DNA of 64,000 bases, from contig JBEGVZ010000114.1 in assembly GCA_041178085.1 (NCBI GenBank), positions 265 through 64,264 of the forward strand, in the 5' to 3' direction. The stretch comes from Pseudomonadota bacterium (GTDB lineage Bacteria > Bdellovibrionota_B > Oligoflexia > Oligoflexales > RGVZ01). This document shows, piece after piece, positions 49,693 through 59,562 of the stretch. The notes beneath the pieces are model-generated. The model was not told the origin of the DNA and did not search any database. It saw only the letters and a program-made list of their open reading frames with translations. The first letter of the stretch is position 1, and each line of letters starts with the position of its first letter. The translations under genes were made by a program, and so were the position numbers.

Positions 49693-50646
49693 TTGCCGAG
49701 TGATTCTGGACACCAGCCAAACCAGCCCGTCCAGCTGGTAAGTTCCTCGGAGCTTCTAGTCCAAGCGGTCCAAGCTTTCAAGTCAGGCAACCTGCAAAGC
49801 CTTGGCCTTGCTGGATTTGGCGTCTTCTTACCCCAGATTCTATCGACCTGGCTGCTGGCTCCGGCATCGCACCAGGCGGCGGGAAACATCTGGTCCGCAG
49901 CCCTGGACGTAAAAAAGGGCGCCGCGATCGATGGTTCGACCTTTCCGGGAATTTTGGGTCAAGCGGCTGAATTTTATAGGCTTTTCGGTTTTATCAACCT
50001 CCTCTTGTGGCTTGTATTCACGGCGGCTTACCTGGCCATGCTGTACCAAAGCCTTCACCACATGCGCCCTTGGGCGTTTCCACGGCTCAGCCTGAGGGAG
50101 CTTCTCGGGGACATGGTGCGTCTAACGCTCAAGCGGGGCATTCTGCTGGCAGCGCTGGTTGTATCGCTTTGCTTTTTACTCACGGCATTTTTGACATCAC
50201 TGGGCTTTGGCAACCAGGCGGACGGTCTGATCTCCCTCTTTGTGATCCCTCTTTCCCTCATGGCGCCCGTCCTGATGGTAGCGGAGCACAAAAGCGCGCT
50301 GCGCAGCCTGACCCATGCTTTGACCTTACGCTATGCCCGCCGGGTGGCGTTTGGCGGTGCTTCTGCTGTTCTCAGCCTGGTGACAATTTTCGGATTATTT
50401 TTCTGCATTGAATACCTGTTCTCATGGATTGGGTCTGAAGCTCTCGACTGGTTTGCCACTGGCACGCCTCAGTTCCTTGCAATGGCCTTGCCCGGCATGC
50501 CGTTCAGCGTGGGTTTTGCTCTGGTTGACCTGGTCCAATCCATGCTCACGACGAGCATGATTTGTCTACTGCCGGGCGCCACCGCTGCGCTTTACATTCA
50601 GGTTCACTTTCGCAATTCAAGGCGTGATCTCTCGATCCTTGCCTGA
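49693..50646 (+). CDS. Polytopic membrane protein, unknown function
   Basis: Several hydrophobic helices. TTG start only 17 nt from the divergent queE start, so the start is uncertain. Confidence 0.55.
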   Translation: MPSDSGHQPNQPVQLVSSSELLVQAVQAFKSGNLQSLGLAGFGVFLPQILSTWLLAPASHQAAGNIWSAALDVKKGAAIDGSTFPGILGQAAEFYRLFGFINLLLWLVFTAAYLAMLYQSLHHMRPWAFPRLSLRELLGDMVRLTLKRGILLAALVVSLCFLLTAFLTSLGFGNQADGLISLFVIPLSLMAPVLMVAEHKSALRSLTHALTLRYARRVAFGGASAVLSLVTIFGLFFCIEYLFSWIGSEALDWFATGTPQFLAMALPGMPFSVGFALVDLVQSMLTTSMICLLPGATAALYIQVHFRNSRRDLSILA

Positions 50647-51299
50647 AGAGCGCTGAATTGGTTTGGCTGCGGGCCGAAGGCCTGTTCGCCGAAGTGCCCT
50701 AGAACATGCCCAGCCAAGCCGCGTAAAAGACAAGCCTCCACTGACGCCACAGAGATACCGCGTCCGATTTCAGCGAGTCCTGTTAAAAAACTTCCATGGG
50801 CACGCCCGCGCCTGTATCCAGGCTCACGACTTGGGTGGGCAAGGTACTTTGAGATCATCGGCCGGTCACAATCGATGATCAGCGATGCCTGATAAAGCAA
50901 ATAGTTTCGACTGCGAAAGAGCGACGTCCCACCGAATTTCATGTCGCCGGCAACGAGGTCGCTGATCCCTGCTTCGCCCAAAATTGCGTCGAAAGCGAAT
51001 CCAGCATGGAGGCAGGAGTTGACGGCGCTGTTAAGGAGGCGAAAGTAGCGGTCGTTGTGAAAGTGCTCGGTTACCCACATACCGAGGCTTACGATCACAC
51101 AGCCCGGGTAAAGGACGACCGTCCCTCCGCCACCATAGCGTTTCAGTACTGGAACACCGTCGGACAAACACGCAGGGAGGTTGCATTCGACTGCAGGATC
51201 ATTGCTGCTCCCGCAGACGACAACCGTTTCCCTGGGCACCCAAACGTCGATAACCAGAGGACGGTCATGCCGCTCAAGAATGTGGTCATCAATCCACAA
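50604..51299 (-). CDS. Biotin/lipoate A/B protein ligase family protein (LplA/LipM-like)
   Basis: VVVCGSSND...VPVLKRYGGGGTVVLYPGC pattern of the BPL_LplA_LipB domain. TTG start lies immediately after the mgtE stop. Confidence 0.7.
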   Translation of the reverse strand: MWIDDHILERHDRPLVIDVWVPRETVVVCGSSNDPAVECNLPACLSDGVPVLKRYGGGGTVVLYPGCVIVSLGMWVTEHFHNDRYFRLLNSAVNSCLHAGFAFDAILGEAGISDLVAGDMKFGGTSLFRSRNYLLYQASLIIDCDRPMISKYLAHPSREPGYRRGRAHGSFLTGLAEIGRGISVASVEACLLRGLAGHVLGHFGEQAFGPQPNQFSALQARIERSRLELRK

Positions 51300-52703
51300 T
51301 CAAAAACTCCCACCTGTCGACTGCATGATCCACGTGGCAAACTTGAAGTAAATGACAATGCCGGCGACGTCGGAAAGAGATGCGATGAAAGGCGAGGAAC
51401 TGACGGCAGGATCGAGGCGAAACGCCTTCATGACAAAAGGCATCATCGCGCCAAGGATACCGCCAAAAAGGACAACTGCCACCAAGGTTACGCCGACCGT
51501 CAAGCCAACCACTGGCGACTGACCCCACGTCGTGGCACGGACAAATCCGATTGCACCGAGAATCAGCCCCAACGACAGCCCGGCAAGAGCCTCGCGCTTG
51601 AACACGCGGCCGAAATCGTCTGGCTTCATTTCGTTGACGGCCAGGCCCCGGATGACCAGCGATGCTGCCTGGGAACCAGAGTTGCCGCCTGAGGAGATAA
51701 TCAGCGGAACGAAGTAAACAAGGTAGCGCATCGATGCGATGGCCTCATCGTAATGATGAAGGGCCGTTCCGGTAAAAATCTCACCAAAGAAAAGAATGGA
51801 GAGCCATCCGGCACGTTTGCGAATGAGAGTGGGCAGAGGGGTTTCAAAATAGGAATCCTCAAGGGTCGCCTGACCACCGAACTGCTGGATGTCTTCGGTT
51901 GCGTCTTCTTCGGCAACGTCAAAAACGTCGTCGGCAGTGACGATTCCGAGCAAAACATTGCCGCTGTCCACCACCGGAATCACCGACTGGTCGTACTTCC
52001 GGAATATATCGACGGCAAGCTCTTCGATGTCCTCTGGCTTGAGCGTGACGTTTGAGGGTTCCATCAGTGAATCGATGGTGGCGCCTGGAGCATCTGCAAG
52101 CACCAGGGCAGCCAAACTGACCTGTCCACGCAAGCGACCCGACGCGTCGGTGACGAAAAGTTCCGTCGCCAACTCCTCCGGGTACACTGTATTCCAACGC
52201 AAAAAGTCCACTGCCTGGGCGACTTTCATGTCTGCCCTCAGAGCGATGAACTCCGGGTTCATGAGCCGCCCGACGGAATCCTCCGGGTAACTCAAGAGCT
52301 GCCATGCCGTGCGCCGTTCCTCTGGCGACAGCTTGAGCATGATGCGTCCGCGTATTTCGGCCGGAAGTTCTTCCAGAAGCTTTGTCCGGTCGTCGGCTTC
52401 CATCTCGTTGACGAGATTGGTGACAACATTGTCGGGAAGATCGCCGAGAAGGCGCTCTTGGACGTCAAAGCTCAAGTAGGCAAATATCTCGGCCCGGCGA
52501 CGTTTGGGGATCAGGCGAAAAAGGACAATCGTCTCTGCCGACGACAGGCCATCAAGGCGTTCGGCAATATCTGCTGGTTCCGCATTGCGACAATAATTTC
52601 GAAGATGACGAAACTGACGGGAACGAAGTTCCTCCTGGAACTGCTCCTTCGTCAGGTCCCCGGTCGGGGTACCCCTTTGCTCATGGAAAGCAAATGAATT
52701 CAT
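51300..52703 (-). CDS. mgtE: Magnesium transporter MgtE
   Basis: MgtE N-domain, paired CBS region and C-terminal TM domain with GNSGSQ and PF(I/V)..L.D motifs. Confidence 0.9.
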   Translation of the reverse strand: MNSFAFHEQRGTPTGDLTKEQFQEELRSRQFRHLRNYCRNAEPADIAERLDGLSSAETIVLFRLIPKRRRAEIFAYLSFDVQERLLGDLPDNVVTNLVNEMEADDRTKLLEELPAEIRGRIMLKLSPEERRTAWQLLSYPEDSVGRLMNPEFIALRADMKVAQAVDFLRWNTVYPEELATELFVTDASGRLRGQVSLAALVLADAPGATIDSLMEPSNVTLKPEDIEELAVDIFRKYDQSVIPVVDSGNVLLGIVTADDVFDVAEEDATEDIQQFGGQATLEDSYFETPLPTLIRKRAGWLSILFFGEIFTGTALHHYDEAIASMRYLVYFVPLIISSGGNSGSQAASLVIRGLAVNEMKPDDFGRVFKREALAGLSLGLILGAIGFVRATTWGQSPVVGLTVGVTLVAVVLFGGILGAMMPFVMKAFRLDPAVSSSPFIASLSDVAGIVIYFKFATWIMQSTGGSF

Positions 52704-52826
52704 CGGGGATTTTTTCGTCCAATTTTCGAATGTCTTTAAGGCGTTGTAAAAAGGCCACGCAACCCTAAAGGGGCTAGTCCCTCCTGCCAGCAGACTTTCG
52801 ATTTGGCAAGAACAACAAACGCCTGA

Positions 52827-53855
52827 TTAGCGGCAGGCTTTTTCAAGGGTTTCGCTGGTTGCTGCATGGCGCTGCTTGTTTTCGCCGAGCCATGCCATAA
52901 AAGCCTTGAGCTTCGCAGGTTCCGCAGGAATCAGGGGACAATCGAAATCGGTCGAGTCATAAAGCGTTGCAGCAAGAACCTCGGCGTTATTCCAGGTTCG
53001 CCCACCAACCCGGTCCTGCCCCTTGAAAGTTGGCTTTCCGGTTCCTGTGAACGCTGCGAACACTTCCGCCTTGCGCAGGACTAAATCATTTGGGGGCAGG
53101 GTCGACACGTATAACTTTTCCAATTCGCGGCGGAGAGCGTGAAGCCAGACGCCAAATGTGCGCGTATCTGCCAGGTCAACTTTGTAGGCCTCGATGGCCG
53201 CATCGTCCTTGATCCGGGCAAGCCAGGCCACCGTCATGCGACGAGCCAGCACTTCGGCAAGGCGCTCATTGAATGTCGTGCCACCTTCAATCCAAACAGT
53301 ACGGTGGACGAGTTCATGAAAGATCAGATGGGCAAAATCGTCGCGGGACCTGCGGGTCATCGACCGGTAAACGGGGTCTGGAAGGAAACCCAGAAGGGAA
53401 TAGCCCGTCGCCGTGCCACGGGCCGTGTCGTAGCCTTTTTTCTTGAGTGCCGCCTCTTCCTCGTCACGGGCCTTCTTGTCGAAAAAACCCAGATAGGGAA
53501 CCCGCCCAACCAGGGGGAACCACCAGGTGATGGATTCCAGACGATCTGGTTTCGCCGCGTATACCAACCATGAAAGCGGCCGATCACCGTTGTCGATATA
53601 CCGGCGGTAAGAACTGCCAGGGGTCAGTCCACATTCACGGGCAAATTCCAGAATCCCGGCAAGGTCCGTCAACCGTTCACGGACGGAAGGTGGCGTCTCA
53701 GGTTTGGCAAGGACTTCAGAAATGTCCTCGCGGGAACCAAGGAGCTTACCCTGTTCCCATGCGAGCCGGCTGACATAACATCCTGAAAGCCCACTTGCGG
53801 CAAGGGCCGCAGCGGCGACAAAAAAAATACGGCTGCTGGCACAAAAGGCCTTCAC
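52827..53855 (-). CDS. Predicted aminopeptidase lipoprotein (COG4324-like)
   Basis: LSGCY lipobox, VPYLGFF, GYSLLGFLPDPV, and HELVHRTVW...FNERLAE (HExxH). 4-nt overlap with ileS. Confidence 0.65.
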   Translation of the reverse strand: MKAFCASSRIFFVAAAALAASGLSGCYVSRLAWEQGKLLGSREDISEVLAKPETPPSVRERLTDLAGILEFARECGLTPGSSYRRYIDNGDRPLSWLVYAAKPDRLESITWWFPLVGRVPYLGFFDKKARDEEEAALKKKGYDTARGTATGYSLLGFLPDPVYRSMTRRSRDDFAHLIFHELVHRTVWIEGGTTFNERLAEVLARRMTVAWLARIKDDAAIEAYKVDLADTRTFGVWLHALRRELEKLYVSTLPPNDLVLRKAEVFAAFTGTGKPTFKGQDRVGGRTWNNAEVLAATLYDSTDFDCPLIPAEPAKLKAFMAWLGENKQRHAATSETLEKACR

Positions 53856-56800
53856 GCCCTTGCCAGCCAGATCTCGACCTCGCCACCGTCGAGGCTGAAT
53901 TTTTGATGATCCGGCCCCATGACTGCCGACAGATCCTGTGGTCCCGGGGCTGGCTCCATCAACACAGCAAGGGTTTCGTCTGCGATGTAAGCGTGGAAAT
54001 CGCGCAGCGCATCCACCGCACGTCCACTTGCCGCGTACCTGACTTTGATGCGGTCGCTGACGTTAAGTCCCGATTCCTTGCGCATGCGCTGAATCCGGTT
54101 GATCAGTTCACGGGCAAGCCCCTCACGCAGAAGCTCCTCAGATAAACGGGTATCAAGCAGAACCGTGACACCCTTCTCCGTTGCAATGAGGCGGTCGTCC
54201 TTGGGGCCCCGTTCAATCAGGAAGTCCTCTTCAGACAGAGAGAAACCAGCGACCGTGACACTGCCCGATGTTTCGAGATCTCGCAGAAGGGCCGCCACGT
54301 CGTCGTGACTTGCAGTGATTTTTTCCAGGGCCACGCGCACTGTATTTAACTGCCCCCCCAGACGCTTACCCAGAGTCCGCAGGTTTGGCTTCACGCCGAG
54401 ACGGACAAAACGCGCTTCGTCCGTGGAGAAATCAATCGCCTTGATGTTGAGTTCCTGGCGGATGGTGGCTGCGCCCGCTTCAATGATGCCGTGGTCGCCC
54501 TCATTCCGGGTGATGACCTGGATCGACGGCAACACCTGGCGGGTTTTGATCTGGTGTTTGGCCCGAAGGCTGCGGCCAAGGTTTGTGACCCGGCGCACAA
54601 GCGCCATGCGCTCCTCAAGGTCCTTGTCAATCAAGCGTTCCACCGGCATCGGCATGTCAGTCAAGTGCACAGAAGCTGGCGCGCTGGAAAGACCATGGGT
54701 AAGGTTCTCGAAGATGCGCTCAGAAACAAACGGGGCAAACGGCGCAAAAATCTTTGAGAACTCGCACAGCACGTGGAACAACGTTGCATAGGCGAGAGGA
54801 TCGCCTTTTTCGCCACCCGCGTTGGCACCGGAACTGCCGTCCATGACAGCGCTACCTTCGTCTTCATCAGTGCTGGCAGCACCACCCCAAAAGCGGCGGC
54901 GGCTCAGACGAATGTACCAGTTGGTGAGGTCTTCAATGAAGTCGATCACCAGCGGGATCACAGCGTAAAGGTGGTAGCGCTCCATTTGCTGGTGAACGCC
55001 GGCGGCAAGGGACTGAAGGCGTGACAAGATCCAGCGGTCGAGCTCATCCACGGCAGCCGGCGCCTTGCCGGCGGCAAGAGACGCCTCGGGTTTCCAGCCA
55101 TCTGCGGCGGCATAGGTGGCAAGGAAGCTGTGAGCGTTCCAAAGCGGTAACAGAACCGCCCGGGTTGTCTCAAGGACCCCACGGTCAGAGAAGATCAAGT
55201 CCTCCCCACGCAAAATGGGGGAATTCAGCATGTAAAGGCGAACACTGTCGGCGCCGTACTTTTCCAGCAGATCCTCTGGTGGTGTGTAGTTCCGGTGACG
55301 CTTTGACATCTTGCGCCCTGTCTCGTCGCAGATGATGCCGTTGACGACGACGTTTTTGAAGGCGGGGCGATTGAACAGCGCCGTTGAAAGGACTGACAGC
55401 GTATAAAACCAGCCACGCGTCTGGTCCAGACCTTCCGCGATGAAATCTGCAGGAAAAACGTGCTCAAAACGATCTTTGTTCTCGAACGGATAGTGCAATT
55501 GAGCGTAGGGCATCGATCCGGACTCAAACCAGCAGTCGAACACTTCGGGAACCCGGCGCATCTTTGATTTACAGGCAGGGCATTCGACTTCGAGGTCGTC
55601 GATGAAATGCTTGTGCAGGTCGTCAATTTTTTTGCCGGTCGCCCTCTCAAGTGAAGGGACGTCACCAAAGACACGGACGTGGGCTGGATCCGTGCGGCAT
55701 TCCCAGATGGGCAGGGGGGTTCCCCAGAAACGGTTGCGGCTGATGGCCCAGTCGCGTGCATTTTCAAGCCACTTGCCCATGCGTCCGTCTTTGAGGTGGC
55801 CGGGCACCCAGTTGATTTTCTGGTTGTTGGCAACCAGATCCTTGTTCAATTTCTCAACGGCCACATACCAGGCCGGGATTGCCCGGTAGATGAGAGGTGT
55901 GTCCGTGCGTTCGCAGAATGGATAGCTGTGGACCAGGACGTCCTGCTTGTAGAGTTTTCCTTCAGCCTTGAGGCGCTTGATGATTTCCTTGTCGGCGTCC
56001 TTGCAAAACTGACCGGCATACTCGGCAATTTGCGGACGGAAACGTGCTTCTTCATCAAGCGGATCAACGAGTTCGATGCCCCCTTTGCGACACACCCGAA
56101 AGTCGTCTTCTCCGTACGCGGGGGCTTGATGGACGATTCCGGTGCCGTCTTCAGTGGTCACATACGCGTCGGCAAAGACGCAGAACGAATTTGCCTGATC
56201 CTTGAAATAGGAAAAAAGGGGCTCGTAGGATTTTCCGGCGAGCTGGCTTCCCTTGACCGTTTCCAGAACTTCAAATGGCTCGGCAGTCTCGCCTTTTTGT
56301 TTCTTGAAATAAGCAGGAAGACGCGCCTCCGCCAGCCAAAGAATCTCGCCCGAGGATTTTTCACGGACCTTGACGTAGTCGATATCGGGACCAACAGCCA
56401 ATGCGAGGTTTGAAATCAAAGTCCAAGGCGTCGTCGTCCACGCAAGAAAAAATCCGTCTTCGCCCCTGAGTTTGAACTTTACGGTGATGGCCGGATCCTG
56501 GACGTCCTTGTAATTTTGATTGGCCTCGAAGTTTGACAAGACGGCCGTGATACGCGGCGAATAGGGCACGACTTTATAGTCGCGGTAAACGAGTCCTTTT
56601 TCATAAAGCTGAGTGAACACCCACCAGACCGATTCCATGAACGACTTGTCCATTGTCCGGTACTGGTTTTTCCAGTCGACCCAGCGCCCAAGGCGCGTGA
56701 TGGTTTTTTCCCACTCTTTTGCGTAATGGAGTACGGAGCTGCGGCACTCCTCGTTGAATTTGGCGACACCCATGGCGAGGATGTCGGTACGGCCTTTCAG

Positions 56801-57100
56801 TTTGTCACGCTTTTCGATTTCGTATTCGACCGGAAGCCCGTGGCAATCCCAGCCAAACCTGCGTTCGACCTTGAAGCCGCGCATGGTCCAATAACGGGGA
56901 ACCGTGTCCTTCAGGGTGTTTGCCAGCAGGTGTCCATAGTGGGGCAGGCCATTGGCAAACGGCGGGCCGTCGTAAAACGCAAATTCAGGAGCCTTGGCCC
57001 GGTGATCCAACGATGCCTTGAAGGTCTGACCTTTTTCCCAGGCAGCCAAAACCTCCCGCTCAAGCTGGGGAAAACTGACATCTGATCCGGCAACTTTCAT
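53852..57100 (-). CDS. ileS: Isoleucine--tRNA ligase (type 2, eukaryote-like form)
   Basis: PPFANGLPHYGHLL (HIGH) and KMSKRHRN (KMSKS). 1082 aa with the long C-terminal region typical of type 2 IleRS. Confidence 0.95.
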   Translation of the reverse strand: MKVAGSDVSFPQLEREVLAAWEKGQTFKASLDHRAKAPEFAFYDGPPFANGLPHYGHLLANTLKDTVPRYWTMRGFKVERRFGWDCHGLPVEYEIEKRDKLKGRTDILAMGVAKFNEECRSSVLHYAKEWEKTITRLGRWVDWKNQYRTMDKSFMESVWWVFTQLYEKGLVYRDYKVVPYSPRITAVLSNFEANQNYKDVQDPAITVKFKLRGEDGFFLAWTTTPWTLISNLALAVGPDIDYVKVREKSSGEILWLAEARLPAYFKKQKGETAEPFEVLETVKGSQLAGKSYEPLFSYFKDQANSFCVFADAYVTTEDGTGIVHQAPAYGEDDFRVCRKGGIELVDPLDEEARFRPQIAEYAGQFCKDADKEIIKRLKAEGKLYKQDVLVHSYPFCERTDTPLIYRAIPAWYVAVEKLNKDLVANNQKINWVPGHLKDGRMGKWLENARDWAISRNRFWGTPLPIWECRTDPAHVRVFGDVPSLERATGKKIDDLHKHFIDDLEVECPACKSKMRRVPEVFDCWFESGSMPYAQLHYPFENKDRFEHVFPADFIAEGLDQTRGWFYTLSVLSTALFNRPAFKNVVVNGIICDETGRKMSKRHRNYTPPEDLLEKYGADSVRLYMLNSPILRGEDLIFSDRGVLETTRAVLLPLWNAHSFLATYAAADGWKPEASLAAGKAPAAVDELDRWILSRLQSLAAGVHQQMERYHLYAVIPLVIDFIEDLTNWYIRLSRRRFWGGAASTDEDEGSAVMDGSSGANAGGEKGDPLAYATLFHVLCEFSKIFAPFAPFVSERIFENLTHGLSSAPASVHLTDMPMPVERLIDKDLEERMALVRRVTNLGRSLRAKHQIKTRQVLPSIQVITRNEGDHGIIEAGAATIRQELNIKAIDFSTDEARFVRLGVKPNLRTLGKRLGGQLNTVRVALEKITASHDDVAALLRDLETSGSVTVAGFSLSEEDFLIERGPKDDRLIATEKGVTVLLDTRLSEELLREGLARELINRIQRMRKESGLNVSDRIKVRYAASGRAVDALRDFHAYIADETLAVLMEPAPGPQDLSAVMGPDHQKFSLDGGEVEIWLARA

Positions 57101-57151
57101 GGACGAGATCCCCCGAAACCGAATGAAGTTCTCTTAAAAACATATTATCAT

Positions 57152-57190
57152 TCTATTAGAAACTTGATTTTCTAATAAAATTTGTATAAA
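57152..57190. promoter_or_regulatory. AT-rich divergent promoter region with imperfect inverted repeat
   Basis: TCTATTAGAAA-cttga-TTTCTAATAaA (57152-57178) overlaps TTGATT...TATAAA (-35/-10-like for the plus strand). This is the only strongly AT-rich stretch between ileS and the 57425 gene. Confidence 0.3.
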
Positions 57191-57207
57191 AAGACATCGC
57201 GGTGCAT

Positions 57208-57231
57208 AGAGGCTTGAACCGTCAAGTCTCT
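57208..57231 (+). other. Stable 10-bp hairpin in the 5' leader or intergenic region
   Basis: AGAGGCTTGA-ACCG-TCAAGTCTCT (one G-U pair), about 20 nt downstream of the putative -10. Confidence 0.4.
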
Positions 57232-57424
57232 GGACAGCCACCGGTCTGGGCCTCGGCACAATTATCAAATGAAAACAGATATTTGTGCATCTTTTTGAGG
57301 TTGGACCGGGGCTTGCAGTCCCAGCCGCAGGGGCCTCACGGGCGTTTTTAACAGAATCTGCCTGCGGAGTCGCCAGTTAAGCCACTGATGTTGAGCGGTT
57401 TCCGTTGTTGTGGTGGAGCAGGAA

Positions 57425-58687
57425 ATGATCGGGCGTAAAGACTCTAACAGTTCGTTCTTTCAGCGCTGGAAAACCTCCAGTGTTGTGACTGCTGTCATCG
57501 CGGCCAGCCCTTTTTCCGCAGATCACGTAGCTTTGGCGGGACGGGACAACCAATGCCCGGCAATCCCGGGAAATTTCCTTGAGACGGAATCTGTCATCTG
57601 GCGCACGGAAGACCTACTTCCGCTCGTTTCAAAAATGCCGGCTGCGGACAACCTTCCTGGCGCATGGACCCTCCGCCATACAACCTCGATCGTAAGCCGG
57701 CTAACTAAAAACCAGTCCGGCGACAACCGGGCTCTGGTCGGGTTTTTCGATCGCCAGGGTATCGTAACGGCAACAGACCAGCGTTTGCGGATCGCTGCAT
57801 TAAAAGAAGTTAAATCGACGGAATTCAAAGAAGCCCCGGGCCTCGGACGGTACTTGCTCCAGCAACTGGGTAAAGCTTTCGGGGAACACGCCCGCGAGCA
57901 CTCAGAGCTGATCCGCGCTCTCGGGCAAGGGCTATCCTTTAACCTGGACTCGCGCGGCGTCTCGAAAGCAAGCAGCAATCAGGGCAAGGATCCAGCTTCG
58001 TTAAAATACGGCCTCGTCCTGAAGGACGTCCGCGCGTCAGGCAGGGGTGTTCACGTGGCCTCCCTGACCATGGATGACAGCTTGATGGAGCAGGCAATTA
58101 ATTCAAAATCGCAGGCAAAAGTCGACTGGACGATTGGTCCCCTGACTGAGGGCGATGGCAATCCGCTTGCCGACTACCGCGCACCCGCACCCTGGGAGGG
58201 GCCCAAGGCGCAGGGTTTGTTCTCGCTTCGCCCTGATTTCAGCCTGCGCGGAAAAATTGAACCGAATCTTTCGCGCGACGGATCATCGAAAATCGGCATG
58301 CGCATGCGGCTTGAGCAACCCCAAGGCCTCTACCGGATGGAAATGATCAGCGCCAGCGGCGTAGCCAAGGGCAATGTGAACCATGAATTCCGCCTGCCGG
58401 TATACCGCCACCTGACCCTGGTCCGGAACCTTGATCAAAAAATGGGCGTGACCAAGACCTCAGTCCTGAACGTGCTGGGATTTTCCGAACGTCTTTCCCT
58501 GATTCCAGTCAACATGCACCTGGTCCACAAAGAAAAATTACTTAAAGCAGAGACAGGCTTTGACTGGATGAGGGGCCGGGTAGCGCTCGAAACCAATGTC
58601 ACTGGTTTTTCAAACGTCAAGCAGCTGACGGGCCGTGATACACCGGTACCACCATCTTACTCGGTAAACTACGGCCGCAACTTCTGA
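57425..58687 (+). CDS. Secreted beta-barrel-like protein, unknown family
   Basis: ATG 6 nt after GGAG. N-terminal hydrophobic segment SSVVTAVIAASPFSA. C-terminus ...SVNYGRNF (terminal Phe). Confidence 0.6.
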   Translation: MIGRKDSNSSFFQRWKTSSVVTAVIAASPFSADHVALAGRDNQCPAIPGNFLETESVIWRTEDLLPLVSKMPAADNLPGAWTLRHTTSIVSRLTKNQSGDNRALVGFFDRQGIVTATDQRLRIAALKEVKSTEFKEAPGLGRYLLQQLGKAFGEHAREHSELIRALGQGLSFNLDSRGVSKASSNQGKDPASLKYGLVLKDVRASGRGVHVASLTMDDSLMEQAINSKSQAKVDWTIGPLTEGDGNPLADYRAPAPWEGPKAQGLFSLRPDFSLRGKIEPNLSRDGSSKIGMRMRLEQPQGLYRMEMISASGVAKGNVNHEFRLPVYRHLTLVRNLDQKMGVTKTSVLNVLGFSERLSLIPVNMHLVHKEKLLKAETGFDWMRGRVALETNVTGFSNVKQLTGRDTPVPPSYSVNYGRNF

Positions 58688-58716
58688 GCTTCGTCAAAAC
58701 CAGACGTTGGCCCAAT

Positions 58717-59544
58717 TCATGCGACAACAAGGTCCGCAAAGATCGGAAAATGATCTGAATTCTTGACCGTTGTATCAACGTAGATCCTCTCCACATCAAG
58801 CCCACGAACAAACAGCTGGTCCAGAGCTCCCACGGCCGGCCTCGGGTCCGCCGGGATGGGAACGTGCTTCAAGCCAATCGCGGCGAGCGCCTTCGAAATC
58901 ACCCGCAAGTATCCGGGGGTGAAGGTGTTGAAGTCGCCTGCGAGGATCATTGGACCTTCATGGGTGGGTAGACTGCCGATCAGGTGTTCCATTTCCTCCA
59001 GGGCCAGTTTCACCCGGCGAATCAAGGTCGCATGCAGGTTGACCACCATCAAAGGATGTGAAGCGCCTGCCAGCTGATAAAAAGTGACGAGGGCGACCTT
59101 CGGTGTCTTGAAAACCGGCTCCGGGTATTTGCAGACGATTCGCCTGATAATGGGCGTCGAGCACACCCTTGCCACCGTCATGACACCGTCGCGAATGCCG
59201 TCGCGGCGCTTATAGGACGCTGCGTGGACGGCCTCAAAACCTGGCTCACAAAACGTCGCCAGGGCCTTTTCGGAAAGCAGCGCCTCCTGAGTCAGAATCA
59301 AGTCTGAGCGAAAGCAGATCATCCGGTAGTCGTGTTCAAAAAGCCGCCCACCGGCTCCCTTGCATAAATTCCATATGGCAAGGCGGATGCGGCGGTTTTC
59401 AAAATGCGGGATCTCACAAGATCCAATCCGCCAGAGAGCCACTGGGTCGGCAAGAAGTTCAATGGACCATACTTGCCGCAGGCTTTCGATCACCGCACGG
59501 TAGGATCGAGGCGGTTTCTGAGGTTTCAGCTTTTTCGCCGGCAC
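58717..59544 (-). CDS. Endonuclease/exonuclease/phosphatase (EEP) family protein
   Basis: Ordered EEP motifs: IWNLCKG (Asn), LTQEA (Glu), NLHA (His), AGDFN, SDHFPIFADL. Confidence 0.8.
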   Translation of the reverse strand: MPAKKLKPQKPPRSYRAVIESLRQVWSIELLADPVALWRIGSCEIPHFENRRIRLAIWNLCKGAGGRLFEHDYRMICFRSDLILTQEALLSEKALATFCEPGFEAVHAASYKRRDGIRDGVMTVARVCSTPIIRRIVCKYPEPVFKTPKVALVTFYQLAGASHPLMVVNLHATLIRRVKLALEEMEHLIGSLPTHEGPMILAGDFNTFTPGYLRVISKALAAIGLKHVPIPADPRPAVGALDQLFVRGLDVERIYVDTTVKNSDHFPIFADLVVA

Positions 59545-59562
59545 TAAAATCCCCCCCGTGAA

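Noticed and set aside
52704-52826. Possible M-box riboswitch upstream of mgtE
   Set aside because: The gap is only about 120 nt, and I could not find the conserved M-box core. It is probably an ordinary promoter or 5' UTR.
57101-57300. Possible T-box leader for ileS (also considered for valS and alaS)
   Set aside because: No specifier-loop or T-box consensus was recognisable on the minus strand. The valS and alaS leaders are too short (under 70 nt).
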